Shown here piece after piece: positions 1-8,967 of a DNA stretch of 64,000 nt. Location of the stretch: positions 28,156 to 92,155 of the IMG/VR virus record IMGVR_UViG_3300011113_000287; one strand, given 5' to 3'. Position 1 is the stretch's first letter; every line of letters begins with the position of its first letter. Position numbers and translations under genes: made by a program. This stretch comes from a virus. Under the pieces are notes generated by a model that saw only the letters and a program-made list of their open reading frames with translations, was not told where the DNA came from and ran no database searches.

Positions 1-19
1 ATACAGGGGGACAAACTTG

Positions 20-844
20 TTATGCGTATGCGTAGACATACTCAACGATGGAGAACTCTCCCTTGTCCTCCATCATGTATGCCATCATCTCTGTTACGCC
101 ATCAGGGAAATAAAAAAAGATGCGAGTATCGTGAACTCCAAAACTGTCGCACCCTTCATCAAAGTTTCCCTCATTTTTTTCTTCGTCATAGTCGCCAAAC
201 GACACGTATCCGCCAATGAGACCTTGACGTATGGGGTCATTACCTTTCCAACGATAGGTGATGTTAGCACCAATAGGTTCTTTCGCATTGTATTGTAAGT
301 CAATGGACTGTACCTGCGCCCTGCGCCCGTCGCTCAGTATCAACGTTTGTTCTCCATCAAATGTTTCCTCGCTCGTGTAGACGGCACGAGACCCACGCAC
401 TTGTTCGTAGGACAAATGGCTGTCCTCTCCGTCAATGCGTGCCCAAATGTGGGTACAGCCAGCGAAATACGGTGTCTCCAACACTTCTATCTCAGACACT
501 CCGTCTCCTACTGTGTTATCCCACTCGTCGTCGTTGTCGTCGTACTTGTCCACCAAGATTTCGTAGGCAACGTTGGCATCGGCAGATTTCTCCGTAATGA
601 AGTACCCAATGCGGTTCACGATGTGGTAACCATTAACGATGTACGTGCCTTTGTCCCCGTCAATGTATGTCCACACGGTGCGTTCCGTGTCGGGAGTATT
701 AGCCCTGTCGCACACGTGCTCCACCTCGTCGCCGTAAATCTCAAACATGGTTTGATTAAACGACGAGTCGGGGTCAATGTAGTTAATCATGGGCTTAAAC
801 TCTTTCTCCCATGCGTCATAGTCCATACGCACAACTTCGCTCAC
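20..844 (-). CDS. acidic hypothetical protein, probably several small domains fused
   Basis: GTG start at 844 overlaps upstream TGA, GGAGG RBS; strongly acidic. Confidence 0.7.
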   Translation of the reverse strand: MSEVVRMDYDAWEKEFKPMINYIDPDSSFNQTMFEIYGDEVEHVCDRANTPDTERTVWTYIDGDKGTYIVNGYHIVNRIGYFITEKSADANVAYEILVDKYDDNDDEWDNTVGDGVSEIEVLETPYFAGCTHIWARIDGEDSHLSYEQVRGSRAVYTSEETFDGEQTLILSDGRRAQVQSIDLQYNAKEPIGANITYRWKGNDPIRQGLIGGYVSFGDYDEEKNEGNFDEGCDSFGVHDTRIFFYFPDGVTEMMAYMMEDKGEFSIVEYVYAYA

Positions 845-1122
845 TTGTCGCCTCCCAATGCGTTGTTCATCTTGACAAACGCCGTAACGATGTTTGCGTA
901 CGACAGGCATTTGGTCAGCACAGCACGAGACAAGTCATCTGACTTGCGTGTTGCTTCCATGTCAGAGTCGTTTTTATCGTCCAGCATGTACCACTCCTCA
1001 CGTTCGGTGTCCCATACGACACCTGTTTCGGAATAGTGCTCGCCGTACTCGTTGTCTAACCACAGACTGACAATACCATTGTCATCTACTTCGGATACTA
1101 CGGTAAAGTGATGCTGTTTCAT
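841..1122 (-). CDS. small acidic hypothetical protein
   Basis: 93 aa, translationally coupled to neighbours. Confidence 0.7.
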   Translation of the reverse strand: MKQHHFTVVSEVDDNGIVSLWLDNEYGEHYSETGVVWDTEREEWYMLDDKNDSDMEATRKSDDLSRAVLTKCLSYANIVTAFVKMNNALGGDK

Positions 1123-1349
1123 TAGAACACCAAGAACGTTCGCAACTCGTCGTTTGTGTAAGGCACTTCGGTCTCTTTGTCTCCCAATGCCTGAGTGTCG
1201 TAGAACACGTCCCAGCCACCGTCTCCAACGAATACAACCTTGCCCTCAAACGTGCTAACACCCATCTCCTTAGCCTCCTCCAACGTGTCTGCTTCCACGA
1301 GGATACCAATGTCAATGGTCTTGGAACAATACTTGATAAACTTTGGCAT
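1122..1349 (-). CDS. small hypothetical protein
   Basis: 75 aa, VEADTLEEAKEM motif typical of small phage early proteins. Confidence 0.7.
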   Translation of the reverse strand: MPKFIKYCSKTIDIGILVEADTLEEAKEMGVSTFEGKVVFVGDGGWDVFYDTQALGDKETEVPYTNDELRTFLVF

Positions 1350-1350
1350 G

Positions 1351-1596
1351 TTAGCCTACTTTCTCAACGAACAGGTGTCCTGCTCCGTTGCCTTCTTGGT
1401 CGGACGACGGGACGATTACCGTGCCGTCTGTGAACTCCACGAGGAACGCATAATCTGTGTCGTAGTCCCACGCAAAGATTTCGCACTCGTTGATGGTCAT
1501 AGGACGCACACGCAACACAGTTTTACCAACGAGAAAGCCAAACTCCCTCTTGATTACCGTCCTACGTTCTGCGTGTTCTGCTGTTTCTTTTGCCAT
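1351..1596 (-). CDS. small hypothetical protein
   Basis: MAKETAE start with GGAGGT RBS; C-terminal PSSDQEGNGAGHLF. Confidence 0.7.
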   Translation of the reverse strand: MAKETAEHAERRTVIKREFGFLVGKTVLRVRPMTINECEIFAWDYDTDYAFLVEFTDGTVIVPSSDQEGNGAGHLFVEKVG

Positions 1597-1615
1597 GTCA
1601 TTACCTCCAAACGAC

Positions 1616-1646
1616 AACTTATCAAATCACTTACTATCGGTGTCAA
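1616..1646 (-). promoter_or_regulatory. putative early promoter, copy 1
   Basis: TTGACA-ccgATAGTAagtgatttga-TAAGTT. Confidence 0.55.
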
Positions 1647-1905
1647 GCCCGTCATAGTCAATGGTGAGTTGGTCAGCAAACATAACACTATTAATGTATT
1701 TGCCTACCTCAACGGGGTCGGTGGCAAACTCAATGAGAGCCTCGCCAATGAGGTGCGCTTCATACACACCGCACTCACAGCCTTCCGCCATGTGTTTGCC
1801 GTGCCTCACGGTGTTCCAACCAATGAGGTCAAGATACAAAATGAACGGTGAAGGAAACGGATAGTCCTCACTCATTTCCCACAAGTGTGCTACTGCCTTC
1901 GTCAT
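1627..1905 (-). CDS. hypothetical protein
   Basis: 92 aa ORF in coupled gene chain. Confidence 0.65.
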   Translation of the reverse strand: MTKAVAHLWEMSEDYPFPSPFILYLDLIGWNTVRHGKHMAEGCECGVYEAHLIGEALIEFATDPVEVGKYINSVMFADQLTIDYDGLDTDSK

Positions 1906-2450
1906 GATTTCCCCTGTTCATTCGTTGTGATGTACGCTTCTTTCACAGCGTCAATGATGCTGGGCTTGTAGTTCAGCCATGCCATGCTTCCGTTGAGAGC
2001 AAGTTCAGCCACCAACGTAAGCCATGCGTCGTCGGCAAAGTTTGCTCCATAATACACAGCCTTGTAAGTTTCCTTACTATGGGCATCAACGTCAGTAGTA
2101 TTATCAAAGTATCCCTCCTCCAAAAGGTTGGCAAACACTTCACGCAACGCAGACGGGCTGTACGGAATGGCGTTGCTCCACGTCAGGTCTCCACTACGGA
2201 GAGAACGTTCAGCCAACTCTTTGCGAGTCACATCGGCAAGTTTCTTGTAAGGGTTAGCGTCATTAGACGTAATGTCCAACACTTGCGATACATTCTGCCC
2301 ATACTGTTCTGCGATACGAGAGATTTCGCTGTCGTTGCCGTCAGACTCCTCCCACTCGTCACGTGCTTCGGGGGGAAGTTCGTTGGGGTCAAGGAACATA
2401 CAATGCTCCGCCTCTAACACCGTTCCTGTTTGTGAGCAAACTATCAACAT
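1902..2450 (-). CDS. hypothetical protein
   Basis: start MLIVCSQ after GAGGAG RBS. Confidence 0.7.
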   Translation of the reverse strand: MLIVCSQTGTVLEAEHCMFLDPNELPPEARDEWEESDGNDSEISRIAEQYGQNVSQVLDITSNDANPYKKLADVTRKELAERSLRSGDLTWSNAIPYSPSALREVFANLLEEGYFDNTTDVDAHSKETYKAVYYGANFADDAWLTLVAELALNGSMAWLNYKPSIIDAVKEAYITTNEQGKS

Positions 2451-2451
2451 G

Positions 2452-2721
2452 TTACAACTCCTCCCCATGCTCGTCTGTAAATACAAGGTCTTTCAGCCTC
2501 GCTTCGTGTCCGAAACCACACGAGAAGTCGTCCTTTGCGTAATGCTCAACACGTTCCATTACGCTTTCCTCGTCTACGGTGATACCTTCCTCAATAAGGT
2601 TCTCAACGATGCGAACCACGTCGTACGTCACGTGCTTGGCGACGTTAATGTAGTTACCAAACGGCAACTTTTCCACCATTTTCTCCATCGCTTCTAACGA
2701 AACTTTCTGTTTTTTCCTCAT
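2452..2721 (-). CDS. hypothetical protein
   Basis: ATGA overlap with upstream ORF. Confidence 0.65.
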   Translation of the reverse strand: MRKKQKVSLEAMEKMVEKLPFGNYINVAKHVTYDVVRIVENLIEEGITVDEESVMERVEHYAKDDFSCGFGHEARLKDLVFTDEHGEEL

Positions 2722-3005
2722 TGGTTCACATTCCTGTTCCATTGGGTACGAGGGTGGCGTTCCTCTGCCTTTTTAATCCATTCGTTGTATGAAGTAGGAG
2801 TAACGATAAAGGCATGTACGTCGTTAGCAGGAGTTTCAGGGCAAGCCTTTCCCTCTAACACCGAAACGAGTTTGTGTGTGTATCCGTTCGTGCCAGCAGG
2901 AAGGTTGTTCCCACCTGCCGACAGGAACACCATTTGTAACCTGCGAGGATTACCTTCTGGGTCGTCCTTGCTACACGTGATGTGTAATACGTAGCGAGTA
3001 ATCAC
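2718..3005 (-). CDS. hypothetical protein
   Basis: 95 aa, DDPEGNPRRL motif, coupled. Confidence 0.65.
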   Translation of the reverse strand: MITRYVLHITCSKDDPEGNPRRLQMVFLSAGGNNLPAGTNGYTHKLVSVLEGKACPETPANDVHAFIVTPTSYNEWIKKAEERHPRTQWNRNVNQ

Positions 3006-3313
3006 TTGCTTCCTTTCTTTCCATCTTTGCCACGCTTGCTATCTCCACCAGCGTTGATGGTGATACTAGGTGCGTAGTTGATACTTTGGTCAATGTTGAT
3101 AATAGTATTCTGAGTGTTCCTCAATGCCACGTCGGACGTGAGAACGGACACTCTGCCCGTCTTTGTGTCCTCAACGATGAACACCGTTGCTCCATCTCCA
3201 TGTTTCACAGCGTCCTCCAAACTTGCGAGTGCCATTGACACAACTTCTGTTTCGTCCTCAGCGTCGTCGTACGACATAGACCACGTGACTACCCAACGTC
3301 CAACGTCAGCCAT
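3002..3313 (-). CDS. hypothetical protein
   Basis: 103 aa, coupled. Confidence 0.65.
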   Translation of the reverse strand: MADVGRWVVTWSMSYDDAEDETEVVSMALASLEDAVKHGDGATVFIVEDTKTGRVSVLTSDVALRNTQNTIINIDQSINYAPSITINAGGDSKRGKDGKKGSK

Positions 3314-3530
3314 AAATGACAGGCTCGCAGTCGTCGTTCAGTACGAAGTTGATGCCCAACTCCCGACAATGTTTGCGGAGAAAGGGAACTTCGTCGGAGA
3401 TAGAGGCGAGTTGTGATGCCAACATGTTCCATTCCTCGTCATTCTCAACGTCAGGCAACCGTCCTGCGAGCGTGTGAAACCAGCCAACCGTGTCCCAATG
3501 GTATTTGCGGTGCTCTGCGTACTTGCTCAC
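3306..3530 (-). CDS. hypothetical protein
   Basis: 74 aa, coupled. Confidence 0.65.
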   Translation of the reverse strand: MSKYAEHRKYHWDTVGWFHTLAGRLPDVENDEEWNMLASQLASISDEVPFLRKHCRELGINFVLNDDCEPVIYG

Positions 3531-3970
3531 GCCCTGTCCTCCGACACGTCCTTGACGAACGTCTTGGCAAACACCATGCGGTATCCAAACGTGGTATTGA
3601 TGTTAAATGAAATCTCGTAACCACGATACAGCATTTGGTTCGTAATACGGACTATCTTGTCGTGAGTGAACGCCCACTTGGTAGCGTACTTGTAATAGAC
3701 GCTTACCATTTCTTGCTTTTCAGCATCGTAACGCTTAGGGAACGTCACTTCGGACTGTTCTCCGTCGTCGGTAACGATTTCCGTCTTAACGAGGGTGACA
3801 CGAGGTGTAATACCGCCGATGGTGTCCATCGTCCAACCCCAACGGGTAAGCCTGTTTACTTGGTCAAACACTTTTGCCATTGAGCGTGCTTTGATGATGC
3901 GGTAGCGACGGTTGTGAACTCCGAGTTTGTCGTTGTCTACACGAACCTTGCTGGTGAATACGTTTGTCAT
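3527..3970 (-). CDS. hypothetical protein
   Basis: start MTNVF after AGGAGA RBS. Confidence 0.7.
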   Translation of the reverse strand: MTNVFTSKVRVDNDKLGVHNRRYRIIKARSMAKVFDQVNRLTRWGWTMDTIGGITPRVTLVKTEIVTDDGEQSEVTFPKRYDAEKQEMVSVYYKYATKWAFTHDKIVRITNQMLYRGYEISFNINTTFGYRMVFAKTFVKDVSEDRA

Positions 3971-4001
3971 TTTGTTATCTCCTGTTCTTGTCTTTGTTAT
4001 G

Positions 4002-4032
4002 AATGTATCACACGGGTTACTATCCGTGTCAA
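4002..4032 (-). promoter_or_regulatory. putative early promoter, copy 2
   Basis: TTGACA-cggATAGTAacccgtgtga-TACATT, intergenic. Confidence 0.65.
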
Positions 4033-4111
4033 GTCTTGTCACGAATAAACACGCTGAGAAAGTAGTACCCACATGTCAGTATTACGCATAATGCGATGAT
4101 GGCAAAGTCAC

Positions 4112-4360
4112 TCATACGAGAGCCATCTCGTTCTCACGCTCAGGGTCGTGAACGGTGACTGTGGTAGACCACACTCCGTCAGCGTCCTCTTTCGTTACGA
4201 AGTGGAGGTCATAGTTGTCGTCAAACGTCACCCACTCATCACGATTAATGATGTGTGAAAGATAGTTCGTACGACGTTCGCTACACGCCAAGTATCCAAA
4301 CGAGAACCACAGCATTTGGTCTGCGAGTTCGTCGGTTGGCAACCATTCCAACTTATTCAT
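4112..4360 (-). CDS. hypothetical protein
   Basis: 82 aa, ATGA overlap. Confidence 0.65.
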   Translation of the reverse strand: MNKLEWLPTDELADQMLWFSFGYLACSERRTNYLSHIINRDEWVTFDDNYDLHFVTKEDADGVWSTTVTVHDPERENEMALV

Positions 4361-4695
4361 GCTTCCTTCCTCATTTCTTTTGATTTGCGTACAACCATTT
4401 TGTGTTGCTCATGGTAGAACTTCATACGACGTTTACGATTACGGTTCGGCTTACCACGAGGTTGGAAATCAACTCCTCCCCACACCCCGTAGAACTCGTC
4501 CTTAGCCAATGCGAAGTTAAAGCACTCACGCACTACTTCGCACTTAGCACAAATGCTTTGCGTATGCTTTAATTTACTTTTGTAAGTACCTACTTCGTCC
4601 TTCTCGCAGTCAAGAAAGAACAGGTTGGAGGGAAGCCCCCTACAACCTGCCCTTTCGTACCACGACAGGTCTGGTGTCGTGGCGTTGTCCGTCAC
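4357..4695 (-). CDS. whiB: WhiB-family Fe-S transcription factor
   Basis: W..RAGC...FF...ICAKCEVVREC...GVWGG: four Cys plus G[VI]WGG turn; basic C-terminus. Confidence 0.92.
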   Translation of the reverse strand: MTDNATTPDLSWYERAGCRGLPSNLFFLDCEKDEVGTYKSKLKHTQSICAKCEVVRECFNFALAKDEFYGVWGGVDFQPRGKPNRNRKRRMKFYHEQHKMVVRKSKEMRKEA

Positions 4696-5699
4696 ACCAA
4701 CACCAAGTCGTTGATGACCTTCATCACCTGCTCGTCCTGATTAAAGACCTTCCCCGTGAGAGCGTTCATCATGTTGCGCTCAACACGGTTATCGTCTTTA
4801 CCGACGACGTGCTGGTTAAAGGTGTTAAAGGCGTGGATAACTCCGAGTGCCGTGCCCGTGAACGGTGCGACACGTGGGTCATTGACGTACATGTCCTTGA
4901 TGCGCTCCTGTTTGTTCTCAATGCGAGAGACAGCCTGCTTTGGGGCGTTCTCGTCTGAGTTAATCGGCATCAACTTGTTCACGATGGCTTCCCACTCACG
5001 GTCAGACACCTTGATGCTGGCATACTTGTTCACTTCGGCAACGATGTCCTCCGTCATGCGGTGGACGAAACCGAGTGCGTCACGCACATTCTGTAAGCGG
5101 AAGTTGCTGTTCTTGCTGTGACGAGCACGGAACGTTTCGGTCTTTTCGCTAATCGCACGAGCCAGCAAGTTGTCACACTCAACACGAGTGGCAACCTGTT
5201 TGTACGTGGTGCTAATAGACCCGTTGTGGCTCGTGGTAGCCAAGAGCATCGGACGAACGGAGAAGCCGTCAAGCACCTTGATGGTTTCGGGCATCTCAAC
5301 GCTGACGAAACTCACCGCACCGTTTTTCAGGATACCTGCGCTACCAATGTTAAGGTCATCGTCCAAGAGATGCGACACGCTCTCAATGAGCCATGACTTG
5401 TATTGGTGAATGGCATAGGTGTCCTTAAACATGCCCAGCACATCACCGTTGTCGCTACGGACAATGGCTTTGCGGTCAGTCTCCATGCGGTACGTGTCGT
5501 TCCACTTGATGTAGACGGGTGCTTCCTGAGCCTCCCACGAATACAGGCGACGGAGAACGTCCTCAACGGGGATAGCACCCTCGTAGTGATTTGGCTCGTC
5601 GCTCTGACTGTCCATGCGGTAGTGCCACGCCGTGCCACGCTGTTTCGTGTGCCCGATGAGGCAATACTTGTTCAGCCACTCGTATGTTTCCTTACTCAT
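4692..5699 (-). CDS. DUF932-family phage/plasmid protein
   Basis: AWH N-terminus, LLATTSHNGS, RVECDN, RHSKN motifs. Confidence 0.8.
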   Translation of the reverse strand: MSKETYEWLNKYCLIGHTKQRGTAWHYRMDSQSDEPNHYEGAIPVEDVLRRLYSWEAQEAPVYIKWNDTYRMETDRKAIVRSDNGDVLGMFKDTYAIHQYKSWLIESVSHLLDDDLNIGSAGILKNGAVSFVSVEMPETIKVLDGFSVRPMLLATTSHNGSISTTYKQVATRVECDNLLARAISEKTETFRARHSKNSNFRLQNVRDALGFVHRMTEDIVAEVNKYASIKVSDREWEAIVNKLMPINSDENAPKQAVSRIENKQERIKDMYVNDPRVAPFTGTALGVIHAFNTFNQHVVGKDDNRVERNMMNALTGKVFNQDEQVMKVINDLVLV

Positions 5700-5737
5700 T
5701 GTTCCTACCTCCTGTGGTAGTTGTCGTTTGTAACATC

Positions 5738-5768
5738 ACCGTATCACACGGCATACTATTCGTGTCAA
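5738..5768 (-). promoter_or_regulatory. putative early promoter, copy 3
   Basis: TTGACA-cgaATAGTAtgccgtgtga-TACGGT; 5741-5771 matches 4005-4035 at 28/31 nt. Confidence 0.65.
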
Positions 5769-5773
5769 GTCCA

Positions 5774-7681
5774 TTACCGATAATCATTCAGCATGTCCTG
5801 TAACAGTTTTGCCGTCATCGTCCCTGCGTCGGCGTTCAGGTTCTCAGCCCAGCCGTCCAACACCGCCGACGTGCTTTCCGCTTTGGCGTTGAGCAGACTC
5901 CACAACCGCATGTCAATAGTTGGGAACTCAGCGTCCACCGCCGTAATCCACCACGACACCACATGGCTGTCTTGTCCGATACGGTGACACCTGTCCTCAG
6001 CCTGCTGTCCTGTGGACGGGCTGTATGGCATCTCAGCCAACACCACGTGCGATGCGGAGGTCAGGTTCAGTCCCGTACCTGCGCTCTCGTACTGTCCCAA
6101 GAACACGCTGACCTGCTTGCTCGTGAACTTCTCCACGTACCGTTGCTTGGCTTCGGGAGTAGAACCTCCTGCCACCATGACAACGCCATGTCCTTCCAAC
6201 TTCTCGTACAAGGCATTGAGCACCTTACGATGGTATGCGAACACTACTACTTGTTCACCCTCTGCGATGAGTGAGTTCACGTGCTCAACTACCGCATTGA
6301 TTTTGGCGATACCCAGCAGTTCACGCAACTTGTTCATGCGAGTGATGACCTCAGCCTTGCTCGCCCGTTGCCATGCTTCCGTGCCATACTTCTCCATGAC
6401 CCAACGCAAGAAATCACGCTCCGCCGTGCGGTATTCGTCCATCTCCTCGTTGTTAAGTTCTATGTCAAGTTGCGCCCTGCGCTTGGCAGGAAGGTCAGCC
6501 AGCACGTCCTCCTTGCGCCTGCGTACCATACACGTGCCCCGTAACACGGTGTTCAGTTCCGTAGTGTTACTAGCACCATTCATGTTCGGAAATCCGTTCA
6601 CCACACGGTAATCGCAATACTTGATGAGAAACTGCTTACGTGAGCCAAACACGTTGTCCAGCCTTCCAATGATGCGGAGAGGGCTAAGCAACTCGCTGGG
6701 ACGGTTTGGTGTCAGCGTTCCCGACATGAGAGCGACGATGCCACTAACGGGAATACTATTGGCGATGTATCCGACACCACGTGTGCGCTGTGCCTTCTCG
6801 TTCTTGATGCTGTGCGCCTCGTCCACGATGAGCGTGTCATACTTCCCAGCCAACTTCGTAGCCCACGCACTTACCACGCTGTCACCGATGACGAGAACGT
6901 CGTGCTTAGTGAGGGAGTGTGGTTTGCGTCCTTTGACAGTAATGACCTTGATAGACGGTGCGAACCTGCGAAACTCCTTTACCCATTGGAGGCGCAAATG
7001 GGGAGGTACGACAACGAGTGTCTTTCTTTTGTTCATCGTGGTGTCCAACGCCAATGCGATGCCCTGTGCCGTCTTGCCCAAGCCCATGCTGTCTGCCAGC
7101 AAGACACGTCGGGCTTCCAATGCGTACTTAACGCCAGCACGTTGGTATGGCAGTAGTGGCAAGTCCAAGTCAAAGCCAAGTTCAGCGTCATGGGACTTGG
7201 ACAGTTCCACGAGTTCGGGACGAGACACCACAACTCTTGGCATGCGTTCCAGCCCGTACACAAACAGTTCCAAGTTTGCCAGCAACGTCACGCTGTCCCA
7301 TTTCAGTTCGGGCAGTTCGGTGACGGACGGGCAGTTCTCGCTATTGTGGTACGTCAGCCAGCCACCATCGTCAAAGACGTACAGTCCCAGCCCTGCGAGC
7401 ACGTCATTACCGCACAGCGCACAGGTGTCCTTGCGTTTGTTCACGAGGATACGTGTTGCGCTCATTGGCAAGTGAGCCTGCGATGCGGTGCGAGTAATCG
7501 GCAGTACCGACAAGTATTCCAGCAAGTCATTAGCACTTATAAAGGTCAGTTCATCAAGGTTCTGCGCCTTTATCAACTCGTCTACCTGCGTCTCGTCAAG
7601 CAACCCCAAAGGCATACTACGAGCGATAAGTGATGCCCTTATTTGGACTTGCTGTTTGGGCAATACGGCGACGTTAGCCAT
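5774..7681 (-). CDS. SNF2-family (HARP-like) helicase
   Basis: LLPYQ, DSMGLGKT, DEAH, SGT, GTGLNL, QAEDRCHRIGQ motifs. Confidence 0.92.
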   Translation of the reverse strand: MANVAVLPKQQVQIRASLIARSMPLGLLDETQVDELIKAQNLDELTFISANDLLEYLSVLPITRTASQAHLPMSATRILVNKRKDTCALCGNDVLAGLGLYVFDDGGWLTYHNSENCPSVTELPELKWDSVTLLANLELFVYGLERMPRVVVSRPELVELSKSHDAELGFDLDLPLLPYQRAGVKYALEARRVLLADSMGLGKTAQGIALALDTTMNKRKTLVVVPPHLRLQWVKEFRRFAPSIKVITVKGRKPHSLTKHDVLVIGDSVVSAWATKLAGKYDTLIVDEAHSIKNEKAQRTRGVGYIANSIPVSGIVALMSGTLTPNRPSELLSPLRIIGRLDNVFGSRKQFLIKYCDYRVVNGFPNMNGASNTTELNTVLRGTCMVRRRKEDVLADLPAKRRAQLDIELNNEEMDEYRTAERDFLRWVMEKYGTEAWQRASKAEVITRMNKLRELLGIAKINAVVEHVNSLIAEGEQVVVFAYHRKVLNALYEKLEGHGVVMVAGGSTPEAKQRYVEKFTSKQVSVFLGQYESAGTGLNLTSASHVVLAEMPYSPSTGQQAEDRCHRIGQDSHVVSWWITAVDAEFPTIDMRLWSLLNAKAESTSAVLDGWAENLNADAGTMTAKLLQDMLNDYR

Positions 7682-7826
7682 GCTGTTCCTCCTGTTCGTT
7701 GTCCACCAAAGATGATACAGCGTCGGTGTTACGACGTGACACAGCCTCGTCGTACAACCTGTCCAACAGGGCTTCCACCTTGCGGTCAGCCTCTTTGCGT
7801 AGTTGTCGTGTGCGTCGGTACGTCAC
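7674..7826 (-). CDS. 50-aa hypothetical protein (not in ORF track)
   Basis: GGAGG RBS, GTG start, MTYRRTRQLRKEADRKVEALLDRLYDEA..., stop overlaps helicase 5' end. Confidence 0.5.
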   Translation of the reverse strand: MTYRRTRQLRKEADRKVEALLDRLYDEAVSRRNTDAVSSLVDNEQEEQHG

Positions 7827-7842
7827 TCAGCCTCCTACCCCA

Positions 7843-7873
7843 AACGTACTATGCCACCTACTATCGCAGTCAA
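7843..7873 (-). promoter_or_regulatory. putative early promoter, copy 4
   Basis: TTGACT-gcgATAGTAggtggcatag-TACGTT. Confidence 0.55.
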
Positions 7874-7893
7874 GGGACAATGAGTGACTAACG

Positions 7894-8967
7894 TCACACG
7901 GAGGACAGCACCTCGTTCCATTGTGCGATGCCGTGCTCCATGTCCCGTGTTCGTGCCAACTCGTACAGCCTCTCGCCTTCCTCTTTGCGTAGTTGTCGTG
8001 AGCCAACGAGTTCACGCAAATGGCGCAGCCATTCGTATGGACGACGTGCGATGCGCCCAGCGTTCCACGTTTGCGACAGGCGCACGTACGAGTCGGATGC
8101 GGAGGCGACCCACGGGATACCGCTTGCGGAATACTCCAACAATTTGATTTCAGATTTTGCTTCGTTAAACGGCATTTGGCTCAGGGGTGCAATACCAACG
8201 TCCATAATCAATAATTTGGGATAGTCCTGCGGAGCACACATAGGAAGGGAGTCCACGTATTCTTTTGGCACTCCCGCTTCTTCGGAAAAGTGCGGAGATT
8301 TGTCGTGCCAGCCGCCGTGAAAGTAACGAACCTGTGTGGTCGTATTTTGTGTGGTCGTCAGTTGATGAAGCACGCCACGCAGGATTTGTAAGTCCCCACT
8401 TCGGTGGGCAGTAGAACCAGACCAACCGACATGCACATGTTCCTTTTCTGTGTGGTCGTGTTTTACGAAGGCTTTGGTATCAACCGTATTAGGAAACAGG
8501 ACGACGTTCTTGTTCCATTGACCAATGCGTTCATAAAGGAACGGAGTGGATGCCAATAGCAGGTCGCTGGCTGCGAGTATTGCTTTGTAATGGTTGATGT
8601 TTTCTTTGGGACTGTGCTTAGGGTGCGATGCTTTCCACGCTCCGTTGCTGGGGTTCAGCCCCCAATACCAATCGTCTACATCGTTGATAATGACTTGACC
8701 AATTGCCCGTGCCTTTTTGATGTGGTCAGCCAGTCCCTCATTCATCATTCTCTGCATGATGATGGTGTCTACTTCGTGTAAGTTTCCCTCGTCGTCTTCT
8801 ATTTTTAGTTCGGTGTAGTGCCATACCAATCGTCCAACCACGTAGTCGTAGTTCAGATGTGGTAAATACTTCGCCACACGTGCCCAACCAGAACCTCCCC
8901 AATGGGGAAGTTTGTCTGGAGTTACGGACGGATGGAGGCGGTCAGCGGAAACTACACCGACTCTCAT
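7894..8967 (-). CDS. glycosyltransferase (GT-B fold, GT4-like)
   Basis: DVDDW, VGWSGSTAH, DVGIAPL..PFNEAKSEIKLLEYSASGIPWVAS. Confidence 0.85.
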   Translation of the reverse strand: MRVGVVSADRLHPSVTPDKLPHWGGSGWARVAKYLPHLNYDYVVGRLVWHYTELKIEDDEGNLHEVDTIIMQRMMNEGLADHIKKARAIGQVIINDVDDWYWGLNPSNGAWKASHPKHSPKENINHYKAILAASDLLLASTPFLYERIGQWNKNVVLFPNTVDTKAFVKHDHTEKEHVHVGWSGSTAHRSGDLQILRGVLHQLTTTQNTTTQVRYFHGGWHDKSPHFSEEAGVPKEYVDSLPMCAPQDYPKLLIMDVGIAPLSQMPFNEAKSEIKLLEYSASGIPWVASASDSYVRLSQTWNAGRIARRPYEWLRHLRELVGSRQLRKEEGERLYELARTRDMEHGIAQWNEVLSSV

